Assembly: GCA_964419015.1 (NCBI GenBank)
Contig: CAYQNM010000003.1
Coordinates: 1-32,818, forward strand
Length of the DNA stretch: 32,818 nucleotides
Source: an uncultured Candidatus Saccharibacteria bacterium
Lineage (GTDB): Bacteria; Patescibacteriota; Minisyncoccia; 2-02-FULL-40-12; GWA2-44-9
Direction of reading: 5' to 3'
A model generated the notes under the pieces. The model made no database searches. It saw only the letters and a program-made list of their open reading frames with translations, and was not told where the DNA came from. Below, one piece after another: positions 31,539 to 32,818 of this stretch (its first letter is position 1; every line of letters starts with the position of its first letter). The position numbers and the translations under genes are program-made.

Positions 31539-31774
31539 CGCTAACCCGCGAAACACGTGCCGCAACCCTACCACACCAGATACTGCCCGTGAAGCGGCGT
31601 TATCCACCAAGCAACATTGACAAAAGAATTGCCCGTGGGTATACCGAAAGCACGTTCTTTCAGGGTAAAAAGTTAGCCATGCGCGATCGAAATCAGCGGC
31701 GCGTATTCCTTGGCCGAAACGACGGCAATCGAGTAACGCTGAATCGGGTCTTCCCCGACAGCGATATCGTTTTT

Positions 31775-32188
31775 TCAATGCCGCTCATTGAGGTCAGCCG
31801 GTATCCGCGCGTCGTTATCCAGGGATGTCAGGGACATTTGCTGTTTGTTGAGCCGCAAATCCGGGAACTCACACTTCGCGCCGACATCGCCGAACCGGCG
31901 TTCGGAAGATGGGTCGGGTTTCAGCCCTATGATCCGGCGGATGGTCGAGAATCCATCGAACTGTACTACGATCCGCTCGATCGGCCTTGGAATCGCCTCC
32001 AGCTCCTGGTCTGCACTTTGCGATCGCACTTGATCCGAATCTGCGATTTCAGACTTGCAGATGTTGCTGACTTGATACTCGTCCTCAACGATCGGATCAT
32101 CATGCACGCAAAAGATCCCCTGCCCCCAGCCTACGGAAACGGAAGTGTTAAACTTCCTCCGCCGGATCAATTGACTGTGCTTCTTCAT
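31775..32188 (-). CDS. Hypothetical small protein, possibly a degenerate PilZ-like beta-barrel
   Basis: The minus-frame codons are G/C-ending and protein-like. GGAG lies 4-5 nt upstream of the ATG at 32188 (MKKHSQLIRRRKF). RRRKFN and, 33 aa later, NICKSE loosely resemble RRxxxR and (D/N)xSxxG. The competing + ORF 31589..32191 is rejected. Confidence 0.45.
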   Translation of the reverse strand: MKKHSQLIRRRKFNTSVSVGWGQGIFCVHDDPIVEDEYQVSNICKSEIADSDQVRSQSADQELEAIPRPIERIVVQFDGFSTIRRIIGLKPDPSSERRFGDVGAKCEFPDLRLNKQQMSLTSLDNDARIPADLNERH

Positions 32189-32295
32189 TAATCTCCGCCG
32201 CACGGCGGAGTTTTTATTCACGAGAATTTCAAGCATAAGAGCCATAGTGGCCCTACCATAACGCGCAAAGCGCGGGAAAGGAGGTGTAGCATACC

Positions 32296-32436
32296 ATGGC
32301 AGAAGAACAGACCATGTCCCCCGACGACCAGAAAAAACCCAAGCGCGGTTTCGCCGCAATGAGTCCGACGAAACGCCGGGCGATCGCCAGCAAGGGAGGT
32401 CGGGCCCGAGGAACCAACGCAAACAAATCTGAATAG
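32296..32436 (+). CDS. 46-aa KGG-motif stress-induced small protein (YciG-like), below the ORF-track cutoff
   Basis: My translation is MAEEQTMSPDDQKKPKRGFAAMSPTKRRAIASKGGRARGTNANKSE*. A strong SD (AAGGAGGTG) ends 10 nt upstream, and a terminator follows directly downstream. Confidence 0.65.
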   Translation: MAEEQTMSPDDQKKPKRGFAAMSPTKRRAIASKGGRARGTNANKSE

Positions 32437-32448
32437 GCAGGATACGCA

Positions 32449-32484
32449 CAACAGCCCGCCCCGGGATGGGGCGGGCTGTGTTTT
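32449..32484. terminator. Terminator between the convergent KGG-protein and cold-shock genes
   Basis: ACAGCCCGCCCC-GGGAT-GGGGCGGGCTGT, a 12-bp stem, followed by GTTTT on the + strand. Confidence 0.75.
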
Positions 32485-32500
32485 CGAGCGAACACGACGC

Positions 32501-32704
32501 TTAGGAAGCGCGAGTTACGTTCTTGGCGCTGGGGCCCTTCTCGCCGTCAACGACATCAAATGAAACGACGTCGCCGACTTTGAGTTCTTCGAATGTCACG
32601 CCGCTGACATCCTTGGAATGGAAGAAAAGATCTTTCGTTTCGCCTTCACGGGCGATAAATCCGAATCCACGGTCTGTCACGAGCGTTTTGATAGTTCCGG
32701 TCAT
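32501..32704 (-). CDS. Cold-shock protein (CspA family, S1-like OB fold)
   Basis: MTGTIKTLVTDRGFGFI (RNP1-like GFGFI) and LFFHSKDV (RNP2-like FFH). The ATG at 32704 is preferred over the GTG at 32722. Confidence 0.9.
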   Translation of the reverse strand: MTGTIKTLVTDRGFGFIAREGETKDLFFHSKDVSGVTFEELKVGDVVSFDVVDGEKGPSAKNVTRAS

Positions 32705-32818
32705 GGTTGTGATTTTTGGCACATTAAGTTGGTAACTGATGGTGGGGAAAAACCCGACCTCGTCTCCTCATATCAGCAAGATCCAGTATACTCTCTTTAA
32801 GAGCCGGCGTCAAAGAAT

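Noticed and set aside
31617-31645. Plus-strand promoter-like TTGACA-17-TATACC
   Set aside because: It would drive transcription antisense into the PilZ-like gene with no plus-strand gene downstream. The -10 lacks the invariant final T. It is probably fortuitous, although an antisense RNA cannot be excluded.
31589-32191. 200-aa plus-strand ORF competing with minus ORF 31775..32188
   Set aside because: The minus frame shows G/C-ending codon bias, a balanced charged composition and a GGAG upstream of its ATG. The plus ORF is Leu/Arg/Pro-rich and would start inside the upstream intergenic region without signals. This is a judgement call and was not computed.
1-32818. CRISPR arrays, tRNA/rRNA genes, transposases, integrases, prophage or toxin-antitoxin modules
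   Set aside because: I saw no short direct-repeat/spacer arrays, no cloverleaf-like GTTCGAATC T-arm contexts, no rRNA-like stretches and no ORFs with recombinase or transposase motifs on either strand. The only repeat longer than 40 bp is the cobO duplication.

Overview
This is a 32.8-kb, moderately GC-rich chromosomal window that is mostly coding. I found no rRNA, tRNA, CRISPR array, transposase or integrase. The compact enzymes and many hypothetical membrane proteins suggest an uncultivated, possibly CPR/Patescibacteria-like bacterium, but that is a low-confidence inference.

Gene content, left to right:
- A cobO adenosyltransferase whose 5' 406 bp is duplicated 1.67 kb away. The repeats flank an AT-richer CYTH gene and a lytic-transglycosylase remnant.
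- An RRM RNA-binding protein, then enolase and a 273-aa A-domain-only pyruvate kinase.
- Two secreted or membrane hypotheticals, typA/bipA, a membrane coiled-coil protein and a FAD-linked oxidase.
- An OmpR-type response regulator with an intramembrane-type histidine kinase.
- An 887-nt noncoding region holding a 38-bp perfect palindrome, a three-way-junction RNA-like element and a strong terminator hairpin.
- A secreted clan GH-A-like hydrolase and a GH6 cellulase that share an Ig-like module, then a HIT protein and a small lipoprotein.
- A minus-strand GH8 / BcsA-like GT2 / GT-C (GT39-like) cluster.
- A second two-component system (OmpR-type RR and 7TM-GAF kinase) split by a self-contained ThiF/E1-like plus GNAT-like (thermostable-hemolysin-like) cassette.
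- An adenylate-kinase-family protein, a transglutaminase-like / helical / PilZ-like trio, a KGG-motif small protein and a cold-shock protein.

Most interesting observations:
- The ThiF-GNAT cassette nested inside a two-component operon.
- The attenuator-like leader and palindrome upstream of the glycanase genes.
- The insertion-duplication scar at cobO, and the CYTH-cobO translational coupling.
- A 163-nt rod-like RNA candidate between the RRM gene and eno.
- A non-canonical cellulose-synthase-like operon.
- A recurrent TGnTATAnT extended -10 box, often 4-7 nt upstream of the ATG (leaderless-style starts).

All family calls rest on motif recognition by eye. No searches were run.
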